Below are positions 38,223-47,404 of a DNA stretch of 64,000 nt, piece after piece (within the stretch, counting starts at the first letter, position 1; every line of letters starts with the position of its first letter). Source of the DNA: an uncultured Solirubrobacterales bacterium (lineage in GTDB: Bacteria; Actinomycetota; Thermoleophilia; Solirubrobacterales; Solirubrobacteraceae); contig CAWCMD010000013.1 of assembly GCA_963796525.1 (NCBI GenBank), positions 172,230 through 236,229 of the forward strand, read 5' to 3'. The notes under the pieces were generated by a model. It saw nothing but the letters and a program-made list of their open reading frames with translations, made no database searches and was not told where the DNA came from. The position numbers and the translations under genes were made by a program.

Positions 38223-38250
38223 AGCCGCGCCATGCGCTACAACCTCGGCC

Positions 38251-38610
38251 ATGAGCACCCTCTCGCCGTTTGAGCGCGGCGTCGTCGTGGGTCTCCTGAT
38301 CGGGGAGGGATCGTTCGGCGGCGACGGAAAGCAGCCCCAGGTCACGCTGCGGATGCACACACGCCACGAGGCCCTGTTCCGATGGCTAGTGGAGCGGTTC
38401 CCCTCGACCCGCCTGTACGGGCCCTATCACCACGGGGGGCGCTCGTACTACCAGTGGATGGCGCGCGGGCCGGCGCTCGTAAACGAGGTTCTCCCTGTGC
38501 TCGAGGAGGAGTTGAAGGATGAGCTTGACGGTTATGCCGCGGAGCGTTTGCGCACTATGCAGGAGCGATACGCGGCCTACATCTCCCGTGAGCGCGCGAG
38601 GAACTCGTGA
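38251..38610 (+). CDS. single-motif LAGLIDADG homing-endonuclease-like protein
   Basis: 119 aa. VVGLLIGEGSF fits the LAGLIDADG dodecapeptide, with Glu at the catalytic acidic position. The downstream pattern (VTLRMHTRHEALFRWLVERF...YYQWMARGPALVNEVLPVL) matches the fold's usual spacing. The stop overlaps the rsmG GTG (GTGA at 38607-38610). Confidence 0.65.
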   Translation: MSTLSPFERGVVVGLLIGEGSFGGDGKQPQVTLRMHTRHEALFRWLVERFPSTRLYGPYHHGGRSYYQWMARGPALVNEVLPVLEEELKDELDGYAAERLRTMQERYAAYISRERARNS

Positions 38611-39314
38611 CCGTCAAGTCTCTGAGTGAGCGTTATGGCGTGGACGAGGGCCAGCTGCGTGCCCTCATGAACCTGCTTGTCTCCGACCCGCACGCGCCGA
38701 CGACGATCAAGGGCGAACGCGCCGTCCTTGAGAACCATCTGGCCGACGCGCTGGTCGCGCTCGAGCTCCAGGAGGTCCGATCCGCCCGATCGATCGCCGA
38801 TCTCGGATCCGGTCCCGGTGTTCCCGGCTTGCCGCTCGCGATTGCGCGGCCGGACGAGGAGGTCTTTCTCGTCGAGAGCTCGGCACGGAAGTGCGCGTTT
38901 CTTGAGCGAGCGGCGCTGGCATGCGGGCTCACGAACACCCGGGTTGTGCACTCGCGGGTCGAGGCGTGGTCCGAGGGGCTCGGTCGCATGGACCTGGTCA
39001 CTGCCCGGGCATTGGCCGCACTGCCGGTCGTCGCTGAATACGCCGCGCCGTTGCTGCGCGTGGGCGGCGCACTCGTGGTCTGGCGGGGCCAGCGGAATCC
39101 TGGTGAGGAGGAGGCGGGCGCGACAGCGGCGGCCGAGCTCGGGCTGAGCCCTCGGGATCCGATCGCGGTACGGCCCTATCCGTCGGCGGCGAACCGGCAC
39201 CTGCACCTCATGTTGAAGGTCACTGAGACTCCCGCGCGGTTCCCTCGCCGGCCCGGAATGGCGATCAAGCGGCCACTGGCTCGCTACGCGGACACAGAAC
39301 TGTCCAACATCTGA
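38607..39314 (+). CDS. rsmG: 16S rRNA (guanine527-N7)-methyltransferase
   Basis: DLGSGPGVPGLPLAIARPDEEVFLVESSARKCAFLE is the SAM-binding motif, in the conserved position before parA. Confidence 0.9.
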   Translation: MTVKSLSERYGVDEGQLRALMNLLVSDPHAPTTIKGERAVLENHLADALVALELQEVRSARSIADLGSGPGVPGLPLAIARPDEEVFLVESSARKCAFLERAALACGLTNTRVVHSRVEAWSEGLGRMDLVTARALAALPVVAEYAAPLLRVGGALVVWRGQRNPGEEEAGATAAAELGLSPRDPIAVRPYPSAANRHLHLMLKVTETPARFPRRPGMAIKRPLARYADTELSNI

Positions 39315-39331
39315 CCGCGCGTGGCGCTAGC

Positions 39332-40102
39332 TTGGTGAGCCCGATGGCGACGGTGTATGCGATCGCGAATCAAAAGGGCGGGGTCGGTAAGACGACGACC
39401 GCCGTGAACCTGGCTGCCTGCGTAGCGGAGGCGGGGTATGACGCGCTGCTCGTCGACGTCGATCCGCAGTCGAACGCGACCGTTGGGCTCGGTGTCGGCA
39501 AGGACTGCGCCCAGACGGTCTACGACGTGCTGATGGAGTCGGCAACGTTCGAGGACGTGATCGTGCCCACGAACATCGAGCATCTCTGGCTGGCGCCGGC
39601 CGGGCCCGATCTCGCCGGCGCGACGGTCGAGCTTCCGCGGATCGCCGGCTCGGAGGTGCGCCTCCGCGATGCAATCGAGTCCGTGCGCGAGCGGTATGCG
39701 TTCACGCTGCTGGACTGCCCGCCTTCGCTCGGCCCGCTGACGGTGAACGCGCTGGTCGCCGCCGACCGCGTGATCGTGCCGGTGCAGTCCGAGTACTTCG
39801 CGCTCGAGGGGCTTGCGGGCCTGCTCGACACGCTGTCCCTGATTCAGCGCGAGCTGAACCCTCGCCTCACCGTCGCCGGGATGGTGCTGACGATGCACGA
39901 TGGCCGCACGCGGCTCTCCCAGGATGTCGAGCGTGAGATTCGCGAGCATTTTCCCGAACTGGTGTTCGATACGGTGATCCCTCGGAACGTGCGTGTCGGC
40001 GAAGCGCCGAGCTTTGGCAAGCCCGTGATCCACCACGATCCGCACTGTGCGGGTGCCGACGCATACTTCGAGCTTGCAAAGGAGGTAGCCGCACGTGGCT
40101 GA
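39332..40102 (+). CDS. parA: chromosome partitioning ATPase ParA/Soj
   Basis: IANQKGGVGKTTTAVNLAA is a deviant Walker A. The start is possibly the ATG at 39344 (MATVYAIANQKGG). Confidence 0.95.
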   Translation: MVSPMATVYAIANQKGGVGKTTTAVNLAACVAEAGYDALLVDVDPQSNATVGLGVGKDCAQTVYDVLMESATFEDVIVPTNIEHLWLAPAGPDLAGATVELPRIAGSEVRLRDAIESVRERYAFTLLDCPPSLGPLTVNALVAADRVIVPVQSEYFALEGLAGLLDTLSLIQRELNPRLTVAGMVLTMHDGRTRLSQDVEREIREHFPELVFDTVIPRNVRVGEAPSFGKPVIHHDPHCAGADAYFELAKEVAARG

Positions 40103-40985
40103 ACGGCAAAAGGGCATGGGGCGTGGACTGGCAGCGATCCTGTCGGTGGCGCCGAAGGACGAGCACGAGGAGCTCCGCCAGCTTCCGACCGAGCTGATCG
40201 AGCCGAATCCTCGCCAGCCGCGGCGCGCGTTCGACGAGGAGACCCTGGTCGGGCTCGCCGATTCGATCCGCGTCCGGGGGGTGCTTCAGCCGGTGCTCGT
40301 CCGCCCGGTTCCGGGCGGAAGGTACGAGCTGATCGCCGGCGAGCGCCGGTGGCGGGCCGCGCAGCTTGCCGAGCTCGACACGATCCCGGCACTCGTGCGC
40401 CGGCACGACGATGCGGCCTCGCTCGAGGTGGCGCTGATCGAGAACATGGCGCGCGAGGATCTGAACCCCGTGGACGAGGCCCGCGCGTGCGCGGCGCTCG
40501 TCGAGGAGCTCGGTCTGACCCGCGAGGAGGTTGGGCTGCGCGTCGGGCGCAGCCGAGTCGCGGTCTCAAATCTGATCCGGCTGCTCGAGTTGCCGGACGA
40601 GGTGCTCGAGCTGATCGAGCGCGGCGATCTGAGCGAAGGTCATGGGCGCGCACTGCTCCTGACAGACGATCACGCACAGAGGCGCACTCTGGCGCGTAGC
40701 GCCGTCGAGGGCCGCTGGTCGGTCCGGGAGCTCGAAAATCGCGCTCGGGCGACTCCTGCCGAGGCCGGTCGGCCCGCGCGCACGCGCGCTCGCAAGACCC
40801 GCACGCTGCACCCCGACCAGGAGGCCGCGATCGAGCAGATCGCCGACGCGCTCCAGGAGGCGCTGGGGGCCAACGTCGAAGTGACTCCCAGGCCCGGCCG
40901 CGGCTACCGCGCGCAGCTGAGCTTCGCATCGCTTGACGAGGCGCTCGACCTGGCACGTCGGCTCCGGGTCCGCGCCGCGGCGTAG
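40095..40985 (+). CDS. parB: chromosome partitioning protein ParB/Spo0J
   Basis: IEPNPRQPRRAFDEE, LQPVLVRP..YELIAGERRWRAA and an HTH (EELGLTREEVGLRVGRSRVAVSNLIRLL). Confidence 0.95.
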   Translation: MAERQKGMGRGLAAILSVAPKDEHEELRQLPTELIEPNPRQPRRAFDEETLVGLADSIRVRGVLQPVLVRPVPGGRYELIAGERRWRAAQLAELDTIPALVRRHDDAASLEVALIENMAREDLNPVDEARACAALVEELGLTREEVGLRVGRSRVAVSNLIRLLELPDEVLELIERGDLSEGHGRALLLTDDHAQRRTLARSAVEGRWSVRELENRARATPAEAGRPARTRARKTRTLHPDQEAAIEQIADALQEALGANVEVTPRPGRGYRAQLSFASLDEALDLARRLRVRAAA

Positions 40986-41133
40986 GCTGCACCGTCTCGA
41001 TCCTCGTATCAGATGACACAAGGAGGGCGTCAAGTCGTTCCGCGAGCCCCGGCAATCGGGGGCTGCAGGGGATCGCGCCGTGGGGGATAAGATGAGATGT
41101 CGAGCGGCCGACCACGGCCGCATCGATACATCA

Positions 41134-41207
<74 letters not shown>

Positions 41208-41576
41208 CTCTCGGAAGTTCCTGGAAACGGCAGGGTTTCTATGGAGCAGAGCCCAGGAGCGTCGTGGCTGGTGGGGGCGTTTTGGGTGCATTTGGGGTGC
41301 ATCAGGTTTTGGCGGTCCCTCTGATGTCACGCCCGCGCGGATCTCGATCACCCGCCGTCGAGGCCGGTTGGGTCGATCAGCCGGATCTCGGGCCGGGCGT
41401 GCGGGACGCCTGTGCTCGCGCATAGCCTGTGTGGCGCTGAGGACCTTCTTGACGTCCGCGCCGTTCCGCCGGTAGCGGTAGTGGTCCTCGGGCGGGTGAT
41501 CCTCTGCATGCGGAAGCCTTTCGTGACCGGCCGGTGGTGGGGCCGGGCGCAGTCGTTGGTGTGAGATAGTGGGCCA

Positions 41577-41948
41577 ATGACCACCTCCGAGCGGTCCACC
41601 GTCCGGCTCGTGGCCGTCGCGGACATCGGTGCTTCACAGGTCGTCGTCGTGGAGAAGACGCCGCACGGCGCTCTAGCGGTGGGCATCAGTGTGGGCAAGC
41701 CGTTCGCGGTCTCTAACCGCTGTCGGCATCTGTTCGCCCCGCTGGGCAAGGGGCGGGTGACCGACGATGGATGTCTGCAGTGCCCGTGGCACGCGGCGCT
41801 GTACGACGTCGGTACCGGCGCGATGGTGCGGGGTCCTCAGGGCGCGTTTAAGCCGTTGGCGGGCGCCGTGAAGGCGACGACCGGCGCCCGGTCGCTACAG
41901 ACATACCCGGTCGAGGTGCGCGACGGCGCGATCTGGCTGGTCGGTTGA
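41577..41948 (+). CDS. Rieske [2Fe-2S] domain protein
   Basis: CRH..(17)..CPWH ligand motifs (NRCRHLFAPLGKG...LQCPWHAALYD); 123 aa. Confidence 0.8.
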   Translation: MTTSERSTVRLVAVADIGASQVVVVEKTPHGALAVGISVGKPFAVSNRCRHLFAPLGKGRVTDDGCLQCPWHAALYDVGTGAMVRGPQGAFKPLAGAVKATTGARSLQTYPVEVRDGAIWLVG

Positions 41949-42186
41949 GAGACGGTCTCACTTCGTCGCGCCCAGCCCGAGATCCACGATCGCCTCCGCG
42001 GGCGTCTAGGTTCGGTGCCCGAGGCCGCGCAGCGCAAGGCCTGAAACGATCTCGACTTCGTCGCGCAGCGGCTGGGCTTTGCTGAGATTCTGGAGCTGCT
42101 TGAGCGACTGTTTTTCGATTGTGGTTGTGCGCTGTGCGGGGGCGGCGCAGCGTGGGCCACCAATGGCAGAGCCACGAACGTGTGAG

Positions 42187-42465
42187 TCAGGTCGTGCGCC
42201 TCTTGCTGGCGCTTCGCCATGGCCATCGGTGGCGCGTGTGTGCGGGCGATGTGTCGGGGGGTTGGGATTCGAGCAGGCGGACGCCTATCAGCCGGCCGTG
42301 GTCATGGACGCGCTCGATCGTGTATCCGTTCAGCTCAAGTTCGCTCAGGACGGCGGCGGGGAAGTCGATCCCGGGCGCGCGTAGGTCGGTAAGAGCGACC
42401 GGCTGGTCGCCGGCGCTGCGCAGTCGCTCAAGCATCCGCTGTTGCTGGCTGTCAGCGAGCGTCAT
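42187..42465 (-). CDS. winged-helix (HTH_11/BirA-N-like) hypothetical protein, possibly frame-disrupted
   Basis: MLERLRSAGDQPVALTDLRAPGIDFPAAVLSELELNGYTIERV looks like a wHTH. The last ~20 aa look like out-of-frame noise. A protein-like tail (TTTIEKQSLKQLQNLSKAQPLRDEVEIVSGLALRGLGHRT*) ends at 42006 in another frame. Confidence 0.4.
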   Translation of the reverse strand: MTLADSQQQRMLERLRSAGDQPVALTDLRAPGIDFPAAVLSELELNGYTIERVHDHGRLIGVRLLESQPPDTSPAHTRHRWPWRSASKRRTT

Positions 42466-42489
42466 CGACGGCCTGTCGCCGGTGCCGTC

Positions 42490-43404
42490 TCAGGCTTCGA
42501 CGCGTTCTCCGTGGGAGCGCAGGAGCTCAGTCCAGCGCTCGGGGGAGTACGTCGAGGGGTCGGTCGTCGCGATGAAGTCCTCCACGATGTCGACGAACCG
42601 TCGGGGGTCGTCAAGCTGGGGGAGGTGGCCAGTGTCCTCGAAGATTTCGAGCCGACTGCCGGGCATGGCTTGCTGGGCGGCGTGCCCGTGGTCGACGGGC
42701 AGTACCGCGTCGCGCTCGCCCCAGACGATCAGCGTCGGCATGTGCTGGGCGAGGTAGAGGCGGTCGCGTGCGTCTACGAGCTGCCCGCGCGTCCCAACTA
42801 CCCCGCGCAGGGTGCCGAGGAACGCCGCGCGCGTGTCTGGCTCGGCGAGCGCCGCGAACGCGCGCGCGTAGTGCTCGGCGTCCGCGGTCGCACGGATGCG
42901 CAGCGCGCGTCCGGTGCTCGCCGCGAGATTGATAAGCGAGCGAGCGGCCGGGGCGGTGAGCGAGAGGAACAGCTCGCTGCCGGGAAGGGTGGCGAGGCGA
43001 AGGACGAGGCCGACGTCGGGGCCGAGGCCGCCGCTTGAGACCAGCACGAGGCGCTCGCAGCGCTCGGGGAACTGGTAGGCGAACTGCATCGCGATGCCGC
43101 CGCCCAGCGAGTGGCCGATCACGGTCGCGCGCTCGAGCCCCAGTACCCCACCGACGTCGCGCAGGGCGCAGGCGAGCGCGCCGAGCGAGTAGTCGCCGGC
43201 GCCCTTGGCCGAGCCGCCGTGGCCGGGCAGGTCGACCGCCACGACGTGGTGCTGCCGGGCGAGCCCGTCAAGCACCGGCTCCCAGGTGCGCCAGTCGCCA
43301 CCGATGCCGTGAATCAGCAACAAGGTCGGTCCCTCGCCACCGACTACAAGGGCGACCTCGCGGCCGTGGAGACGAACAGAGCGGTGAGTGAGAGTCGTGG
43401 GCAT
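42490..43404 (-). CDS. alpha/beta-fold hydrolase
   Basis: LLLIHGIGGD and the nucleophile elbow GHSLGGG. Start moved to the ATG at 43404 (MPTTLTHRSVRLHGREV), so the gene is divergent from the TetR gene. The track ORF extends to 43755. Confidence 0.85.
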   Translation of the reverse strand: MPTTLTHRSVRLHGREVALVVGGEGPTLLLIHGIGGDWRTWEPVLDGLARQHHVVAVDLPGHGGSAKGAGDYSLGALACALRDVGGVLGLERATVIGHSLGGGIAMQFAYQFPERCERLVLVSSGGLGPDVGLVLRLATLPGSELFLSLTAPAARSLINLAASTGRALRIRATADAEHYARAFAALAEPDTRAAFLGTLRGVVGTRGQLVDARDRLYLAQHMPTLIVWGERDAVLPVDHGHAAQQAMPGSRLEIFEDTGHLPQLDDPRRFVDIVEDFIATTDPSTYSPERWTELLRSHGERVEA

Positions 43405-43440
43405 GTAAATAGAGGTTAGACGCCGAGTTACAGTTTCCCG

Positions 43441-44088
43441 GTGCCCTCGCCCAAGCAGCCCCGCGCCACGGTCCGCCGCGCCCGCGAGCGCGAGATCGTC
43501 GATGCGACCCGTGCGCTGTTCGACGAGCGCGGAACCCAAGACGCCCGCATCGACCACATCGCCCGCCGCGTGGGCATCAACAAAGCGCTCATCTACCGCC
43601 ACTTCGCCTCCAAGGAGGAACTGTTCGCGCTTACCACCACGCGCTACATAACCGAGATCAGCGCCCTGCTCGACGCCGTCGACGAGCAAGCGAGCGACGC
43701 CGCTCTGCGGCTGCGCCTCGGCTTCGAGGCCTTCGCCGACTACGGCATAGAGCATCCGGCGTTCCTCGACTGCGCACTCGCGCTGCTGCGCCAGCCAGCC
43801 GAAGACCTGCGAGCCCAGGTCTCAGACGCCGTTTGGTTGCGGCTGGGCCGGACGATCGGGGCGTGCACAGGATGGCTCGCCGACGTCCTAGCTGACCTCG
43901 GCGTCGTCGACCCCGACAGGCGCGCGAACCAGCTCTACCTCCAGGCGATCGGGGTCCTGCATCTCGCCCGCTCAGGCGTGGTGTTGCGCGCGATCGGGCC
44001 GGGCGTGGTGGAGGCTTTGCCGGTCAGCCTCGAGCAGGTGCGAGCCGCATGCGTGCAGCTTGCCCTCGCGGTGGCCCCGCCGGACTGA
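43441..44088 (+). CDS. TetR-family transcriptional regulator
   Basis: N-terminal HTH (REIVDATRALFDERGTQDARIDHIARRVGINKALIYRHFASKEELF). Confidence 0.85.
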   Translation: MPSPKQPRATVRRAREREIVDATRALFDERGTQDARIDHIARRVGINKALIYRHFASKEELFALTTTRYITEISALLDAVDEQASDAALRLRLGFEAFADYGIEHPAFLDCALALLRQPAEDLRAQVSDAVWLRLGRTIGACTGWLADVLADLGVVDPDRRANQLYLQAIGVLHLARSGVVLRAIGPGVVEALPVSLEQVRAACVQLALAVAPPD

Positions 44089-44194
44089 TCCGGTCGACCT
44101 CCAGCCTGGGCTGACGTGTCATGGACCACGCTCGCCGAGGTCGGTCGTGCGCGACGGGAGGGCTGACTCGAAGGCAGCCGCTCCCGTCGGCGTC

Positions 44195-44560
44195 CTACTT
44201 TCCGTCGTCGGATCTCCCCAGCGACTTGCCTGCGTTCGCGACGACCTTGCGAAGGAAGTCGTATTGAACGTGGACCAGCCGCTCGGCCATCTCCATGGCG
44301 CCGTCAATGACGTCCTGTCGCCTGGACGGGGTCTCGCCGCGCGGTGGCAGCGCTTGGTCGACGGTGTCGACGAACTTGCGTACCGCCTCGATCGCAGCTC
44401 GTTGCCCCGACTCGAGCGACTTGAGAACCTCGTCGGAGAGCTCGGCAGTCCGGTCGACTGCGCTCGCCTGCTCGTGCTCCTTCCTCTCGGCGGCGTGGCG
44501 CTTGCGAGTGGCTGCCGCCTTGCGTCCCGCAGCGCTGCGCTGGGCCTTGGTCTCTGGCAT
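44195..44560 (-). CDS. hypothetical helical protein with basic N-terminus
   Basis: 121 aa with non-repetitive composition (…EVLKSLESGQRAAIEAVRKFVDTVDQALPP…LVHVQYDFLRKVV). GGAGGG lies 7 nt upstream of the ATG. Confidence 0.55.
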   Translation of the reverse strand: MPETKAQRSAAGRKAAATRKRHAAERKEHEQASAVDRTAELSDEVLKSLESGQRAAIEAVRKFVDTVDQALPPRGETPSRRQDVIDGAMEMAERLVHVQYDFLRKVVANAGKSLGRSDDGK

Positions 44561-45138
44561 TGAGGATTACCCTCCTTCCCGCGACGTGCGTCGCATTGCT
44601 AGAGCATGGACAGAAGCCGGTCGGCTGCACGCGACTTACGGGCTCCGCTTCGCGGCCACCTCTCTCGGCTAGGACCATAAGCCAGCCTGCCGTCGCTGCC
44701 ATCCGTAGAGAATTCGGACGTCGCGTGCTCAAGCTACGGCGCCCTGGTCACCGGCGCCAGCTCGGGCTCTGACGAGCGACACCGCGGAGACATGCGCACT
44801 CAGCTCACCCCGGGGAATCCCACGATCGAAGAGCGAGGCAGTTCCGCGATCACGCCCGAAGACCCGGGTGCACGCGCGATCTCCGGTCGGCCCGTCGGCC
44901 GGCTCGACCAGATGCTCTACGAGCGTCCCGAACGGCGCTTGAGAGCTTGATCGTCGACAAACTCAGCCGCTCGGCGGTCGTCCTCGTTCACTGCCGCTCC
45001 GCGGCAAAGGCGGCAGCCAGGGATAGCCCAGACCCAGCACGCCCTTTGGTCGCCGAGCGTCGACGGCATCGAGGCCTGATCGAGCGCCTCCTGCACTGCG
45101 CGCCGGTTCCAGGCCAGCGCGCAGACGGCAGTTGAGGA

Positions 45139-45390
45139 CTACTGAGCAGTTGATCGAGGCTTGATCCGTGAGGCGTCCGCGAACAGCACGACGGCGAGCG
45201 TCGCCTCGGCGAGCGTCCTGACACCCGCGCCGGTCGGGGCCGAGGTGACCTCGTCGATTACCAGCGGGCCCACGAGCACCCCGACTAGTACGAACACCAT
45301 CGCCGGCGTGACCGGCGTACCCGTCAGCCGTCGCGAGACGGCAGCCACCGCGAGCACCGTCGCGGCGATGAGGGCCAGTTCCCATTTCAT
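45139..45390 (-). pseudogene. N-terminal fragment of a cation:proton antiporter (CPA1-like)
   Basis: MKWELALIAATVLAVAAVSRRLTGTPVTPAMVFVLVGVLVGP...LAEATLAVVLFADASRI matches the first ~75 aa of Na+/H+ exchanger-family proteins and then stops. Only about 580 bp remain before the next gene, with faint out-of-frame similarity at most. Confidence 0.55.
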
Positions 45391-45406
45391 GGCATTCGCT
45401 TGGCTT

Positions 45407-45928
45407 TCAGGTCAGCGGCGGCAGGCCGTCAGCGATCAGCTTGGCGCCGAAGACGAGGAACAGCACGGCCATGACGGCGTTGTTGTGCAGGGCGAGCCAG
45501 TTCTTCATCTCGTCCAGGCGGGCTTTGGCGTCATCACCGCCGAGCAGGAAATAGACGACGGGCCCGGCGAGCGTGAGACTGGCGACGACGACGAACACGA
45601 CCAGCGAGCCAACCGCGTTGGCGCTCGAGCGTCCGAGTGCGGCCAGCGCCGCGCCAGCCGCGGCCGCGAGCATCAGGTTCTTCGGATTCACGCCGACGAG
45701 CAGACAACCGAGTCCAAGCGCCTTGGCCGGTTTCAGGGCATCGATGCCTGCCATCCATTTCGGCATCTCGGGCTCGGTGCCAGCCCAGCCGAGCAGGAAC
45801 ATCAGCCCGTTCACACGTGCTCGCTGTGAGAACAGCATCAGGGTGACCGCGATGATCGGCACGGGGCTGATCGCCACGCCGACCGCGAACGTCAAGATCG
45901 CGCTGATTCCGTGGCCCATGGTGATCAA
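45407..45928 (-). CDS. GAP-family (Sap-like) membrane protein, possibly with an internal deletion
   Basis: AVGVAISPVPIIAVTLMLFSQRARVNGLMFLLGW and MPKWMAGIDALKPAKALGLG are typical of the family. The segment between them seems about 50 aa shorter than I expect. Confidence 0.5.
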   Translation of the reverse strand: MITMGHGISAILTFAVGVAISPVPIIAVTLMLFSQRARVNGLMFLLGWAGTEPEMPKWMAGIDALKPAKALGLGCLLVGVNPKNLMLAAAAGAALAALGRSSANAVGSLVVFVVVASLTLAGPVVYFLLGGDDAKARLDEMKNWLALHNNAVMAVLFLVFGAKLIADGLPPLT

Positions 45929-46044
45929 CTCTCGGTCGGCACGGCGTTGAGCGTTCGACCGGGGCGGAATCGGTCTCCGCCTGCTATCGGGCGGAGCGCG
46001 TCATCCCAATCAGCGAGCGATCGTTGCTGGCGGGCGACCATCCG

Positions 46045-46860
46045 TCAGTACCTTGCGAAGATCTGCAGGCTCGAGTGGTCGGGCTCGCGGTAGCCGCGGG
46101 GCTTCTCACGCGCGGGAAGGGCCACGGGCTCTCGCTTCGGGGAGTCGTAGGGGATCTGCTCGAGCAGGTGGCTGATGATGTTCAGCCGGGCTCGCTTCTT
46201 GTCGTTGGAGTCGGCGATGTGCCAGCGGGCGAAGTCAGTGCTGGTCGCGGCGAGCATCTCGTCCCGGGCGCGCGAGTAGTCGTACCAGCGGCTGTAGCTC
46301 TTGAGGTCCATCGGCGACAGCTTCCAGACCTTGCGCGGGTCGTCGATCCGCGACTCGATCCTCCGTGTCTGCTCTTCTTGGCCGACCTCGAGCCAGTACT
46401 TCAGCAGGATGATCCCGGAGTCGACCATCGCCTGCTCGACAAGCGGCACAAGTCGCAGGAACCGAAATGCCTCGTCCTCGGAGCAGAACCCCATCACCCG
46501 CTCGACGCCCGCGCGGTTGTACCAGCTGCGGTCGAAGATCACGACCTCGCCGGCCGCCGGGAAATGCGGGAGATAACGCTGGACGTACATCTGGGACTTC
46601 TCGCGGTCGGTCGGTGCTGGGAGCGCGACGACCCGGAACACGCGCGGGCTCACCCGCTCAGTGATCCGTTTGATCACCCCGCCCTTCCCAGCGGTGTCGC
46701 GCCCCTCGAACACGACGCAGACCTTCGCCCCCTCACGCACGACCCACTCCTGGAGCCGGACGAGCTCGCCCTGGAGGCGAGCGAGCTCCTGCTCGTAGTG
46801 CTTACGGCCGAGCTTCTCGGCCGGCTGCCGATCCTGCTTGGTCTGTTTCGTGTGGCTCAT
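46045..46860 (-). CDS. ppk2: polyphosphate kinase 2
   Basis: VVFEGRDTAGKGGVIKRI Walker A, RYLPHFPAAGEVVIFDRSWYNRAGVERVMGF and KLSPMDLKSYSRW motifs. Confidence 0.9.
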   Translation of the reverse strand: MSHTKQTKQDRQPAEKLGRKHYEQELARLQGELVRLQEWVVREGAKVCVVFEGRDTAGKGGVIKRITERVSPRVFRVVALPAPTDREKSQMYVQRYLPHFPAAGEVVIFDRSWYNRAGVERVMGFCSEDEAFRFLRLVPLVEQAMVDSGIILLKYWLEVGQEEQTRRIESRIDDPRKVWKLSPMDLKSYSRWYDYSRARDEMLAATSTDFARWHIADSNDKKRARLNIISHLLEQIPYDSPKREPVALPAREKPRGYREPDHSSLQIFARY

Positions 46861-46917
46861 CGCTCGCCCTCCACTGTGGCGCGGGCACTCTGTGGCGGAG
46901 GTCGGAGACCTCGGCTC

Positions 46918-47307
46918 CTAGATGTCGGAGTGGTGCTCGTCGGTTGGTAGGCCGGCTTCTTTCCAGGCGGTGAACCCGCCGTCGAGGTTGGCGGCGTGCT
47001 CGTAACCCAGTGTCTTCAGGGTGAGCGTTGCGAGGGCTGCGCGTGTGCCCGACCTGCAGTACACGATCACCCGGCCGTTCGGGTCGAGCTCGGCTTTGTG
47101 TTTGGGGCTTCCGGGGTCGGCGACGAACTCGAGCAGGCCCCTGGGCACCTGTACGGCGCCCTTGATGTGCTCCTCCCACTCCACGGGCTCTCGGACGTCG
47201 AGAAGTACCGCCTTGCCGGCGGCGACCTCGTCAGCGGCATCCTGTGGGGACACGTGCTCGATCTGGGCGTTTGCCTGGCCCACCATCTCTTTGGCTGTTG
47301 TCGCCAT
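46918..47307 (-). CDS. rhodanese-domain sulfurtransferase
   Basis: LLDVREPVEWEE...VIVYCRSGTRAALA (active-site CRSGTR loop)...DGGFTAWKEAGLP. Confidence 0.85.
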   Translation of the reverse strand: MATTAKEMVGQANAQIEHVSPQDAADEVAAGKAVLLDVREPVEWEEHIKGAVQVPRGLLEFVADPGSPKHKAELDPNGRVIVYCRSGTRAALATLTLKTLGYEHAANLDGGFTAWKEAGLPTDEHHSDI

Positions 47308-47404
47308 GGCTATCTCTCTTTGAGGTCGGGTGGCCCATCACCGGACCGGCGGTGATGGGTGCACGTTGCGGATCTGGCCCGGTCGCCTGGCTGGACCTGC
47401 TCGG

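Noticed and set aside
41230-41560. Possible integrase remnant next to tRNA-Ile (minus-strand ...RRNGADVKKVLSATQAMREH...)
   Set aside because: The only resemblance is a short GADVKxV-like stretch similar to tyrosine recombinase C-termini. There is no HxxR or catalytic Tyr context and no extended ORF, so the evidence is insufficient.
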